Shown here: positions 25,199 through 34,547 of the stretch, one piece after another
Layout: every line of letters starts with the position of its first letter
Position numbering within the stretch: the first letter of the stretch is position 1
From: Fimbriimonadales bacterium
GTDB taxonomy: Bacteria; Armatimonadota; Fimbriimonadia; Fimbriimonadales; JABRVX01
Assembly (NCBI GenBank): GCA_045862955.1
Contig: BTVI01000033.1
Location: forward strand, 1-36,699
Direction: 5' to 3'
DNA: 36,699 nt
The notes under the pieces: model-generated
Told to the model about the DNA's origin: nothing
Seen by the model: only the letters and a program-made list of their open reading frames with translations
The model's database searches: none
Position numbers and translations under genes: made by a program

Positions 25199-26637
25199 TA
25201 TCCCTCACCACTCGCAGAGGTGAGGGATAGGTAGATATCCTTGCAGCACCAAGCCCCCAACAACCGTCATGCTGAGCCTGTCGAAGCATGGCGGTCCTGG
25301 ACCCGGGATGCTCCGCGGCCGCCTCGACCACGCTAGCTCCTGCAGACCCAACCATCGTCTCGGTCGTCATGCTGAGCCTGTCGAAGCATGCGACCGCACG
25401 CCGCAACCTCCCGCACATCGCCACCACGCCCCCCACGCACGCCCCAACCCCGTCATGCTGAGCCTGTCGAAGCACGGGACCGCCGGCCGCAAGCTCTGCG
25501 CCTGCAGACGAAACCGTGCGTCGCTCGAGGTCATGCTTCGACAAGCTCAGCATGACGGCATTGGGCCTGCCAAGCGTTGCGGCAGCCGAGGTCATGCTTC
25601 GACAAGCTCAGCATGACGGTGTATGGGTGTTAGCTGCAACCCGTGTGCTTCCTTCTGGTGCCTCCAGACCCCCGGGTGGGGGCTCCAGCTCCGACGAGAT
25701 CACCATGACGGCACCGGGCCCGGCAGGCGGCGCGGCCGCCTCGACCGCGATGGCTCCTGCAGACCCAACCATCGTCTCGGTCGTCATGCTGAGCCTGTCG
25801 AAGCATGCGACCGCACGCCGCAACCTCCCGCTCATCGCCACACCTCCCCCACGCACACCCCTGCCCCGTCATGCTGAGCCTGTCGAAGCATGACGGTCCT
25901 GGACCCGGCAGGCGGCGCGGCCGCCTCGACCGCGATGGCTCCTGCAGACCCGACCATCGTCTCGGTCGTCATGCTGAGCTTGTCGAAGCATGCGACCGCA
26001 CGCCGCAACCGCCCACACATCGCCACCACGCCCCCCACGCACACCCCTGCCCCGTCATGCTGAGCCTGTCGAAGCACGGGATCGCCGGCCGCACGCTCTG
26101 CGCCTTCAGACGAAACCGTGCGTCGCTCGAGGTCATGCTTCGACAGGCTCAGCATGACGGTGTATGGGCGTTGGCTGCAACCCGTGTGCTTCCTTCTGGT
26201 GCCTCCAGACCACTCGGTCGGGGGCTCCAGCTCCGACGAGATCAGCATGACGGCATTGGGCCTGCCAAGCGTTGCGGCAGCCGAGGTCATGCTTCGACAA
26301 GCTCAGCATGACCGTGTATGGGAGTTAGCTGCAACCCGTGTGCTTCCTTCTGGTGCCTCCAGACCCCTCGGTCGGGGGCTCCAGCTCCGACGAGATCAGC
26401 ATGACGGCACTGGGCCTGCCAAGCGTTGCGGCAACCGAGGTCATGCTTCGACAGGCTCAGCATGACGGATTCCATTCACCCACCCTCTGTCAGCATGACG
26501 GACGCCGCCGAGCCACCCGCTGCGAGGCACCCCGGATACCACGGAGCCACGCGCTGGCAGCGTGACGGCTCCCGATCGCCCACCCTCTGCAAGCATGACG
26601 TACGCCCATCACCCACCCTCTGCGAGGGGTGAGGGAC
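25198..26637. repeat. Modular REP-like array 2
   Basis: Twelve 27-bp GTCATGCT...AGCATGAC-type units (25266 to 26466) in both orientations, separated by recurring spacers and bracketed by inverted TCCCTCACC-CTCGCAGAGG elements. Confidence 0.95.
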
Positions 26638-26673
26638 ATGAGAGAGCAAAAGGGTGGTAGGACCGGAGAGAGC

Positions 26674-28086
26674 CTACGCCATACCGTACGCTGCAGCCAG
26701 GACGAGCAGGAGACCGTTGTAGACTGCATGCATCACAGCGCAGGGGATTAGGCTGCCGGTCTCGCGCAGGATCACGCACGCCACGATGCCCACACCCATC
26801 AGCGGTAATAGACCACCGAGCAGCGTAGGATGCACCGCTGCAAACGCGAGGGAAGACAGCACGGCAGCCCACCAAAACGACCCTAGCCTCCGCCACAATC
26901 CCATGAACAGCACGCCGCGGAAGAAGACCTCCTCTGCGACGGGCGCTATCACTACCCCACGCACCAAGGCCAAGATCGCGCCCCAGATGCCGCCGCTCGC
27001 CGCAAGTTCTGCAACAGGGTTCGTGTCCTGCATCGAGTTCGGGAATAGCAGCAAGGTGACGAGAGCCCCGATTGCTAGTGCCCCGAGTGATGCACATGCA
27101 CCCAACACGCCGATGCGCAGACTCCTCAGGTCGAGCCTGCCCCGGATTCCGATGTCCTGAATGAAGAACCCGACGTTCCGGGCCAGCCGATTGAGAAACC
27201 ACAGGGAAGCCACCAACCCGGCAACCGCGGCGACTGCTTCCACGCTGAGGACCAGAATCCCACCACCGGCAGCATCATGAGGCAACGCCGCCAGGGGCAA
27301 CGACAACACCACTCCCGCAAATAGGTAGAAGAGAAACGCTGTGGCCATCGAATCCCCTGCACCGAAGCCCCACGGACCCCTATAATCACGCTCGCGCGTC
27401 GGCTCCTGCGCCAGATAGCGGAGCATGATAGCGAGGCCGAAGACCGCCATACCGGCAAGCCCGATCGTCAAAAGGCCGGCCGGGAGCAGCCTCCAAGGCG
27501 ACTTGACCAGGGCCCTTCGCTGTGCCGCTGCCTCCTCATCGCGCCCCGTCTTCTCGAGAAGGTGGATTTCCGTCAGGCTTGCCACGGTCGGATAGCCCAG
27601 TTCCTGCAGTAGCTCCGGGGCTTCGGCAACGTCACCGGGGAGGAAGCGCCGCTCGCCATAGATGGCTTTCCAGATGCGGTTCAGGCGGCGTTCGCGTTCA
27701 TCCTTCGCATCCCGGCTGAGCCCTCGAACGGTCGCCGCAGGGTCGCCGAAACCGTATTCCCACTGCAGCACCGCTGCCACGCGCAGGGCGTGGTCCCGCC
27801 CGGCACCCTTGGTCTTCAGCAGCTCTTGCACTCGCTTCTTCGCGGTCGGCGCGAACTGCTGGGCATCCGCTCGGCCGGTCGTCACAGCGAGTTCGAGCTC
27901 ACGCTCAGCATCTACGACCGCCCTAGGCAAACGGTCCCCCGTAATCGAGGCGGCCGTATTCAGCACGAAGAGCAACAGCACGACCAGCCCGACAATGATC
28001 CAACCGACGGGGTTGCCGGACTGGGGCGATTCTTCGGGGAGATGAAACTCTGGCTGCGGAATAGTCGGTGGGTGCTCTTCGTCCAT
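26674..28086 (-). CDS. CPBP (CAAX protease/Abi) family intramembrane metalloprotease with an N-terminal soluble domain
   Basis: APVAEEVFFRG, FAAVH and HAVYN motifs; multiple TM helices; GGAG RBS before ATG 28086. Confidence 0.9.
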   Translation of the reverse strand: MDEEHPPTIPQPEFHLPEESPQSGNPVGWIIVGLVVLLLFVLNTAASITGDRLPRAVVDAERELELAVTTGRADAQQFAPTAKKRVQELLKTKGAGRDHALRVAAVLQWEYGFGDPAATVRGLSRDAKDERERRLNRIWKAIYGERRFLPGDVAEAPELLQELGYPTVASLTEIHLLEKTGRDEEAAAQRRALVKSPWRLLPAGLLTIGLAGMAVFGLAIMLRYLAQEPTRERDYRGPWGFGAGDSMATAFLFYLFAGVVLSLPLAALPHDAAGGGILVLSVEAVAAVAGLVASLWFLNRLARNVGFFIQDIGIRGRLDLRSLRIGVLGACASLGALAIGALVTLLLFPNSMQDTNPVAELAASGGIWGAILALVRGVVIAPVAEEVFFRGVLFMGLWRRLGSFWWAAVLSSLAFAAVHPTLLGGLLPLMGVGIVACVILRETGSLIPCAVMHAVYNGLLLVLAAAYGMA

Positions 28087-28163
28087 GCGACTCCGTGATA
28101 CCACATTGCGGTTCTCCTACCATGGGAGGATGGGTTAGTGAGAGCGTACACCCGTCCGGGACC

Positions 28164-29520
28164 GTCATGCTGAGCCTGTCGAAGCATGACGGCGCTGGGC
28201 CTGGCAGGCGGCACGGCCGCCTCGACCGCGATGGCTCCTGCATATCCAATCACCGTCTCGGTCGTCATGCTGAGCCTGTCGAAGCATGCGACCGCACGCC
28301 GCAACCTCCCGCACATCGCCACCACGCCCCCCACGCACAGCCCAGCCCCGTCATGCCGAGCCTGTCGAAGCACGGGGGCGCCGGCCGCACGCTCTGCGCC
28401 TGCAGACGAAACCGTGCGTCGCTCGAGGTCATGCTTCGACAAGCTCAGCATGACGGTGTATGGGCGTTGGCCGCAGCCCGTGTGCTTCCTTCTGGTGCCT
28501 CCAGACCCCCAGGTGGGGGCTCCAGCTCCGACGATCTCAGCCTGACGGCACCGGGCCTGCCAAGCGTTGCGGCAGCCGAGGTCATGCTTCGACAAGCTCA
28601 GCATGACGGGAGGCCCGGCATGACAACCAGCTCACCATGACGGTGTATGGGCGTTGGCCGCAGCCCGTGTGCTTCCTTCTGGTGCCTCCAGACCCCCAGG
28701 TGGGGGCTCCAGCTCCGACGATCTCAGCCTGACGGCACCGGGCCCGGCATGACGACCAACTCAGCATGACGGTCCTGGACCCGGCAGGCGGCGCGGCCGC
28801 CTCGACCGCGATGGCTCCGGCAGACCCAACCATCGTCTCGGTCGTCATGCTGAGCCTGTCGAAGCATGCGACCGAACGCCGCAACCTCCCGCACATCGCC
28901 ACACCTCCCCCACGCACACCCCAACCCCGTCATGGTGAGCCCGTCGAAGCCTGACGGCACCCTAATCCCTTACGCCTCGCAGTGGTGAGGGTCGCGCATG
29001 CTACACCGTCATGCTGAGCCTGTCGAAGCACGGGATCGCCGGCCGCACGCTCTGCGCCTGCAGACGAAACCGCGCGCCGCTCGAGGTCATGCTTCGACAG
29101 GCTCAGCATGACGGGAGGCCCGACATGACGACCAGCTCAGCATGACGGTGTATGGGCGTTGGCCGCAACCCGTGTGCTCCCTTCTGGTGCCTCCAGACCC
29201 CCGGGTGGGGGCTCCAGCTCCGACGATCTCAGCCTGACGGCACCGGGCCTGCCAAGCGTTGCGGCAGCCGAGGTCATGCTTCGACAAGCTCAGCATGACG
29301 GGAGGCCCGGCATGACAACCAGCTCAGCATGGCGGTGTATGGGAGTTAGCTGCAACCCGTGTGCTCCCTTCTGGTGCCTCCAGACCCACGGGTGGGGGCT
29401 CCAGCTCCGACGAGATCAGCCTGACGGCGCTGGGCCTGCCAAGCGTTGCGGCAGCCGAGGTCATGCTTCGACAGGCTCAGCATGACGGGAGGCCCGTCAT
29501 GACAACAAGCTCAGCATGAC
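28164..29520. repeat. Modular REP-like array 3
   Basis: About eleven 27-bp units (28164 to 29486) with the same spacer modules as array 2, plus a new short module GGGAGGCCCGGCATGACAACCAGCTCAGC. Confidence 0.95.
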
Positions 29521-29571
29521 GATGCCAGTGACCCACCCTCGTTGGGTGGACAGGCTGGTGTGGAAGTGGTT

Positions 29572-29606
29572 CGGCTGGGTGGCCGCAGAGAGCGGCCACC
29601 CAGCCG
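29572..29606. terminator. 15-bp GC hairpin downstream of the VOC gene (terminator or RNA stabiliser)
   Basis: CGGCTGGGTGGCCGC-AGAGA-GCGGCCACCCAGCCG; no clear U-tract on the minus strand. Confidence 0.5.
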
Positions 29607-29628
29607 TTTGCTCTCCCGGAGACTGAAA

Positions 29629-29985
29629 CTACTGCGTATGTTGCATGATCCACACCTTGTTTCCGGCGGGATCCTTGAAGCACGCGGTCCGGCCGCCCCA
29701 GTCCTCAGTCTTCGGTTCCTGAACGACCTCGGCACCCCTGTCGCGAATGGTTGCAAAGTCCTCGTCGCAGTTGGACGAATGGAAATAGAGCTGAATCCAG
29801 CCGGGACCCGGGCGAGGGCCCTCGTGCGGCTTGTTGAAGCCGTAGTACATCTCCCCGGCCATCACGCCGACGTGGTCATCCCCCCACGCCTCTCCCTTCG
29901 GAAAACCTAGCTTCTCCTCGTACCACTTCGCGTGCGCTGCAGGATCGTCATGGAACAGCATCACAGCGCTAAGATTGAACGCCAT
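29629..29985 (-). CDS. VOC family (glyoxalase/bleomycin resistance-like) protein
   Basis: WYEEKLGF, LYF, GAEVVQEP..EDWGGR...FKDPAGN; GAGGAG RBS. Confidence 0.9.
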   Translation of the reverse strand: MAFNLSAVMLFHDDPAAHAKWYEEKLGFPKGEAWGDDHVGVMAGEMYYGFNKPHEGPRPGPGWIQLYFHSSNCDEDFATIRDRGAEVVQEPKTEDWGGRTACFKDPAGNKVWIMQHTQ

Positions 29986-30024
29986 AGCGAACTCCTCTCG
30001 TATTCATCCGCCGCGAGGCGGATA

Positions 30025-30062
30025 GTAGACGATAGTCTACATTATGATTGAGCGAATGTCAA
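30025..30062 (-). promoter_or_regulatory. Sigma70 promoter of the VOC gene with an overlapping palindromic operator
   Basis: TTGACA (30057-30062), 17 bp, TAGACT (30034-30039); inverted repeat GTAGAC-GATA-GTCTAC at 30025-30040. Confidence 0.7.
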
Positions 30063-30158
30063 GAGGCTCGCCCACAAAACCGCTGCATTGACCTACCGCG
30101 CCGTCGGGTCGATCACTCAGCCCGGCTCTACGACGTGCGGCAGCTTCTCGGGCAGGAA

Positions 30159-31184
30159 CTAGGGCCGAAATGCAGCCAGCTCGGCTTGCGTCTTCGGCAC
30201 TTTCAGCTCGCCGGAGATGATGCGCTGCTTGAACTGATCCACCTTAGCGAGCACGGCGGGGCCGATTTTGTCCTTCGTGTGCTTCATCTCGCTTAGGCCG
30301 ACGCCGCCTTCGGCAAGTCCAGCCTCGATGTCGCCGCCCTTCAGCTCGCCGTTCTTCAGCATCTGCGCAAGACGGAACACCTGCTCATCCACGCCCTTTA
30401 TCATGCTCGTTAGGATGATGCCCGGTTTCAGCCCGTCCTGATCACTGTCCACACCGATTGCGTAGAAACCCTTTTCCTGCGCTGCGTCGAACACGCCGAG
30501 GCCGCATTTTCCAGCGGCGTGGTAGATGATGTCGGCGCCGTCCGCACGGCAGGCCAGAGCAGCTTCCTTGCCCTTGCCGATGTTGTCCCAGTCTTCGGTG
30601 TACTTCGCCACTACGCGGGCCGAAGGGTTGACTGCCTTCACGCCTGCCGCAAATCCGCACTCGAACTTCTCGATGAGCGGGATTTTCATTCCACCCACGA
30701 AGCCCAGCACGTTCGACTTGGTCATGCTACCCGCGAGCACACCCGCCAAAAACGAGCCTTCCTCCTCCTTGAACCGCACCCCGATGACGTTCGGCAGGCC
30801 GTTCGAGTGCCCGTCTATGATGCCGATGTACACGTCTGGGTACTTGGGCGCGACTTCCTCCACCGCCTTCTGCATGCCGCCGCCGACTGCGATGATCAGC
30901 TTGAAGCCCAGGCGGGCCAGGTCCTCCAGATTGGGCTTATAGTCTATGTCGCTTCGGGAGGAGACCGTCTTCGTGACCATCCCGAGCTCCTGCTCAGCCC
31001 GCGCCCTGCCGCGATCGGCGCTGTCGTTGAACGACTTATCTCCGACGCCGCCCTTGTCGAAGACGATCGCCAGACCGTTCTCCGGGCTCGGCCTGCCCGC
31101 CGAGCCACTCGAGCCTTCCTTTTTTTCCCCACATCCGGCGAGCATCAAGGCGGCGAGCATCACGCTCAAGAACGCGTACTTCAT
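30159..31184 (-). CDS. BMP family (PnrA/TmpC-like) ABC substrate-binding lipoprotein
   Basis: Lipobox LAGC, GGVGDKSFN, FKEEEGSFLAG, GFVGGM, GADIIYHAAG, IGVDSDQ, TSMIK. Confidence 0.93.
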   Translation of the reverse strand: MKYAFLSVMLAALMLAGCGEKKEGSSGSAGRPSPENGLAIVFDKGGVGDKSFNDSADRGRARAEQELGMVTKTVSSRSDIDYKPNLEDLARLGFKLIIAVGGGMQKAVEEVAPKYPDVYIGIIDGHSNGLPNVIGVRFKEEEGSFLAGVLAGSMTKSNVLGFVGGMKIPLIEKFECGFAAGVKAVNPSARVVAKYTEDWDNIGKGKEAALACRADGADIIYHAAGKCGLGVFDAAQEKGFYAIGVDSDQDGLKPGIILTSMIKGVDEQVFRLAQMLKNGELKGGDIEAGLAEGGVGLSEMKHTKDKIGPAVLAKVDQFKQRIISGELKVPKTQAELAAFRP

Positions 31185-31205
31185 CGTTTCACCTTCCTCG
31201 TGTGA

Positions 31206-32756
31206 CTATGCCTTGTGGATGGCGTGGCCTTGGGCATCGTGAATGGCTTCACCCAACGCCTCTGCGAAGCTCGGGTGCGCGTGGATGGTTCGCTCCAGTT
31301 CTTCGAGCGTTGCTTCCATCTGCACTGCTGCGACTGCCTCGTGGATGAGCGAGGAGGCGTGTGGCCCGATCATGTGCACCCCCAACACTTCGCCGTGCTC
31401 TGCGTCCGCAACCACCTTGACAAAGCCTTCCTGCTCCAGCGCTGCCATCGCCCTGCCGAGCGGACGGAACGCAAACCGTCCGATTTTGAGTGGCCTACCG
31501 GCCTCTGCAGCCGCCTTCTCCGTCATGCCCACCGCAGCGAGCTCCGGAGCCGTGTAGACCACGTCCGGCACGGCTTTGTAGCTCATCTCCGCGGGAATGC
31601 CCGCACAGTTCGCGGCAGCTACCAACCCCTCGGCTGAGGCGACGTGTGCTAGCTGAATCTTTCCGATTACATCGCCGATGGCATAGATGTGCGGCACGTG
31701 CGTCTGCATCCGCTCGTTGATCACCTCGATGCCGCGCTTGTGCAGGTGCACGCCCACCTTTTCGACGTTCAGGCCCTCGGTGTTCGCCCTGCGCCCGACG
31801 CCGAGTAGCACCACGTCAACCACGACCTCGGTGACGCCGTCCGGCGTAGTCACGAAACAGTGCCAACCGTCGGTGTTCCGCTCGCACCTCTCGAGCGTGC
31901 TGTTCAAGTGCACCTTGATCTTGCTGCGCCCGAACAGCTTAGCGAGTTCCTTGCCGAGGTCTTCGTCCATCATCGGGACGAGGTTGGGCATCATTTCGAC
32001 GAGCGTAACTTCGGCGCCCGCCCCGCTGAACACGTAGGCGAACTCGCAGCCGACCGCCCCGCCTCCCAGAATTAGCATCCGCTTCGGCACCGAGGTGGCG
32101 GTCACGGCGTCGTCGCTGGTCCACACGTTGTCGCCCGTCAGCCCGGGAATCGGGATGCGTACAGCGGACGATCCGGTCGCGATGATGAAGTTGCGCGCGG
32201 TCACCCTACGCTTCTCGCCCTCCGCAACCAGCTCGACGGTGTTCGGGTCGAGGAACACCGCCTGGCCTTGCAGGTGATCCACCTTGTTCTTCTTGAAGAG
32301 CGCAGCGATGCCACGCCGTTGGGCATCCACTACCTTGTCCTTGCGGTCCATCATCTTCGCGAAGTCGAACGCGGGTTGACCCGGCAGCTCGATTCCCATC
32401 TTGTCCGCGTGTTTCACTTGCTCGAAGCGTTCCACCGCGGCAATCATCACTTTGCTGGGGATGCAGCCCCAGTTGAGGCAAGTGCCGCCGAGGTGGGACT
32501 TCTCGACGCAGGCGGTATGCAGGCCGTGCTGCGCAGCGCGAATGGCGGCGACATACCCGCCTGGTCCTGCGCCGATCACACACACGTCGTACTCGAAACG
32601 ACCGTTGGACATTGGCTCTTTCTTCTCCAGGGGCTCGAGGGCGGTCTCGGGGATGACGTCCGTGCCGTGCGCCCCTTCGATCACACGCTTCCGGCTCCTA
32701 GGCTTGCTAGGGGCGATCACGCTCGCGGGCTCGTTGGAGTGGGACGGGGCTCTCAT
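31206..32756 (-). CDS. lpdA: Dihydrolipoyl dehydrogenase (alternative start ATG 32612)
   Basis: GAGPGGY, GGTCLNWGCIPSK redox disulfide, ATGS, GGGAVGCE, YAIGD, LAH, HPSFAE. Confidence 0.95.
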   Translation of the reverse strand: MRAPSHSNEPASVIAPSKPRSRKRVIEGAHGTDVIPETALEPLEKKEPMSNGRFEYDVCVIGAGPGGYVAAIRAAQHGLHTACVEKSHLGGTCLNWGCIPSKVMIAAVERFEQVKHADKMGIELPGQPAFDFAKMMDRKDKVVDAQRRGIAALFKKNKVDHLQGQAVFLDPNTVELVAEGEKRRVTARNFIIATGSSAVRIPIPGLTGDNVWTSDDAVTATSVPKRMLILGGGAVGCEFAYVFSGAGAEVTLVEMMPNLVPMMDEDLGKELAKLFGRSKIKVHLNSTLERCERNTDGWHCFVTTPDGVTEVVVDVVLLGVGRRANTEGLNVEKVGVHLHKRGIEVINERMQTHVPHIYAIGDVIGKIQLAHVASAEGLVAAANCAGIPAEMSYKAVPDVVYTAPELAAVGMTEKAAAEAGRPLKIGRFAFRPLGRAMAALEQEGFVKVVADAEHGEVLGVHMIGPHASSLIHEAVAAVQMEATLEELERTIHAHPSFAEALGEAIHDAQGHAIHKA

Positions 32757-32776
32757 CCGTGCGTCACGCCTTCCGT

Positions 32777-32860
32777 TGGTGCCCAGGGCGGGAGTCGAAC
32801 CCGCATGAGTTGCCTCAAGGGATTTTAAGTCCCCCGTGTCTACCGTTTCACCACCTGGGC
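32777..32860 (-). tRNA. tRNA-Leu (UAA)
   Basis: GCCCAGG...GGGGA-CTTAAAA-TCCCT, long variable arm TGAG-GCAA-CTCA, GGTTCGACTCC, ACCA end; TATACT -10 upstream. Confidence 0.97.
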
Positions 32861-32885
32861 TCGTCTCGGCAGTATACCTTTGGCC

Positions 32886-34079
32886 TCAGTGCTTCACGGA
32901 GAGGGCAGGCCGCTCGTCGGACAACACTTTCTTCAGCTCGGTTCCTGGGTAGTAGGCAGCCAGAATCTCCTCGTAGCTCTGCCCGGCAATCGCGCGCCCG
33001 GCGGCACCGTACTGGCACAGCCCTACACCGTGGCCCCAGCCGTTCCCGACCAGCGCCCAGCCTTTCGGCATCGGGACGATGTTGAAGAGGGTGCTCTTGC
33101 ACACGTCGTTGCCCAACAACCTACGAATAGCGGCACCCGTGGTCTCCAACACGCCATTCGCTCCCTCGATAGTCACGGACTGGGCGCGGCCGCTCGGCCC
33201 GACCTTCGTGACCTCGACAGACTTCACCTGGCCCACGTCCTTGCCCAGCTGCTTGGCCAACCGCGCCCACTGCTCGGCAGTGCGTTCGACACGCCAATCG
33301 CGGTGGGGGCTCGTGGCGCAGTAGGGGTCGTCGGGTATGCCACAGAGATAAGCCGCAGGACGCCCGAAGCCCATCTCGTCCGATGCAGCCGTGTGCCCTC
33401 CACAATCCGCGCTGTAGACCGTGTCGCAATAGTCGCCGGCGAAAGTGAGTACGAGACCTGCAGTCGCCATAACGGCTTCTGTGGTGGCCGGCTTCTCCGT
33501 GGCAGTGCCAGCGTAGGTCTGAGCACCCTCTCCGTCCGTCAGGTCGAACTCCTTGTCGGCGTTGGCCAACATGCGCTTGAGCATGAAGGTGCGAGCTGCC
33601 ACCGCCTGCGCGCGCAGTGCCTGCTGAGGGAAGCCACTGGGCATCTCGGCGGGCACTACCGACATCAGGTAGGACTCGAGCGCCACCTCGTTGGTCAGAC
33701 GCAGCTTGCCTTCGAGGGCGGCAACCCGCAGCCAGCCGCGATAGGAGGCTTTCTTCTTCTCGGACACCAGGGACACGGCTCCCGAGAGCGGGGCGATAAC
33801 CACCTCGGCCATCGGCACGGCGTTCGGCAGGACGAGGCCGGCGGCGCTAGCCGTGAGGGTGACAGACACCCCGGGCTTTGCCTGGCTGATACGACTGCCG
33901 TCGGAGCCCATGAGCACGAGGCCCGCCTCGGCCGATACTTGGAGTTTCTGGACGCCTTCCCAAGACTTGAGGAGCACCCTCACGGGCCGGAGCTGCGCCT
34001 GAGCGGAGGCCGCGAGCGCAGCGAAAACCGTGATCCAGAAAGCAATCCTGATAACCCGGCAGATCGTCTTAGCCTCCAT
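32886..34079 (-). CDS. SpoIID/LytB domain lytic transglycosylase-like protein
   Basis: YRG, NEVALESYLMSVVPAEMP, ALRAQAVAART, QTY, CGGHT, GWGHGVGLCQYGA, ILAAYYPG; signal peptide. Confidence 0.92.
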   Translation of the reverse strand: MEAKTICRVIRIAFWITVFAALAASAQAQLRPVRVLLKSWEGVQKLQVSAEAGLVLMGSDGSRISQAKPGVSVTLTASAAGLVLPNAVPMAEVVIAPLSGAVSLVSEKKKASYRGWLRVAALEGKLRLTNEVALESYLMSVVPAEMPSGFPQQALRAQAVAARTFMLKRMLANADKEFDLTDGEGAQTYAGTATEKPATTEAVMATAGLVLTFAGDYCDTVYSADCGGHTAASDEMGFGRPAAYLCGIPDDPYCATSPHRDWRVERTAEQWARLAKQLGKDVGQVKSVEVTKVGPSGRAQSVTIEGANGVLETTGAAIRRLLGNDVCKSTLFNIVPMPKGWALVGNGWGHGVGLCQYGAAGRAIAGQSYEEILAAYYPGTELKKVLSDERPALSVKH

Positions 34080-34119
34080 GCACGGGTATTATGGACCGAT
34101 AAAGGGGGGTTTCGTAGCT

Positions 34120-34401
34120 ATGCGCAAAGCTTCAGCCGGTTCACTTACGATGGCGGCCATGCTGTTGGCCGCTGCGGGAATTACCTTGTACGCCGCGATA
34201 TCGCGTCCAGAACCCACCGTCAACGCGAGCAAGGGCGCTGTGTGCCCTGTCAAGGCCGATTGCTCTTCGTCCTGCATGCCCATTGGACCTGCTGCCGCTG
34301 CGGCGGCGGACTCGGGCGACAAGGCCGTTAAGAGCGATTGCGGGGATCCATCGCAGTGCCCCACGGGTACCTGCCCAGTGAAGACGGACGAGACGCAGTA
34401 G
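34120..34401 (+). CDS. Small Cys-rich membrane-anchored/exported hypothetical protein
   Basis: AAAGGGGGG RBS, N-terminal hydrophobic helix, six Cys, followed by a terminator hairpin. Confidence 0.65.
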   Translation: MRKASAGSLTMAAMLLAAAGITLYAAISRPEPTVNASKGAVCPVKADCSSSCMPIGPAAAAAADSGDKAVKSDCGDPSQCPTGTCPVKTDETQ

Positions 34402-34433
34402 GCTTCGCGGGTAGGGTTGCTTCCGACGAGGTC

Positions 34434-34472
34434 ACGGCGCGGACGGCCTAGCCGTCCGCGCCGTTTCCTCTT
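34434..34472 (+). terminator. Probable intrinsic terminator
   Basis: 14-bp stem ACGGCGCGGACGGC-CTA-GCCGTCCGCGCCGT followed by TTCCTCTT, between convergent genes. Confidence 0.6.
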
Positions 34473-34547
34473 GCCAAGCCGGACCGCCGTGCGCCGACGG
34501 CCCTGAACCCCGGAGCCCGCCTCTGCCGGAGACGGGCCCCGCTTGCT

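Noticed and set aside
25194..26632. ORFs containing MLSLSKH / CFDRLSMT / LRQAQHD (also at 11130-12754 and 27923-29683)
   Set aside because: These are translations of the palindromic repeat in all frames, with no RBS or domain content
25266..29520. CRISPR arrays with a 27-bp repeat
   Set aside because: Repeats occur in both orientations, spacers vary widely in length and recur many times, and no cas genes are present
32880..34331. Long antisense ORFs (also 3754-4932, 6520-7845, 13634-14605)
   Set aside because: They lie antisense to well-supported genes, as expected in GC-rich DNA, and have no motifs
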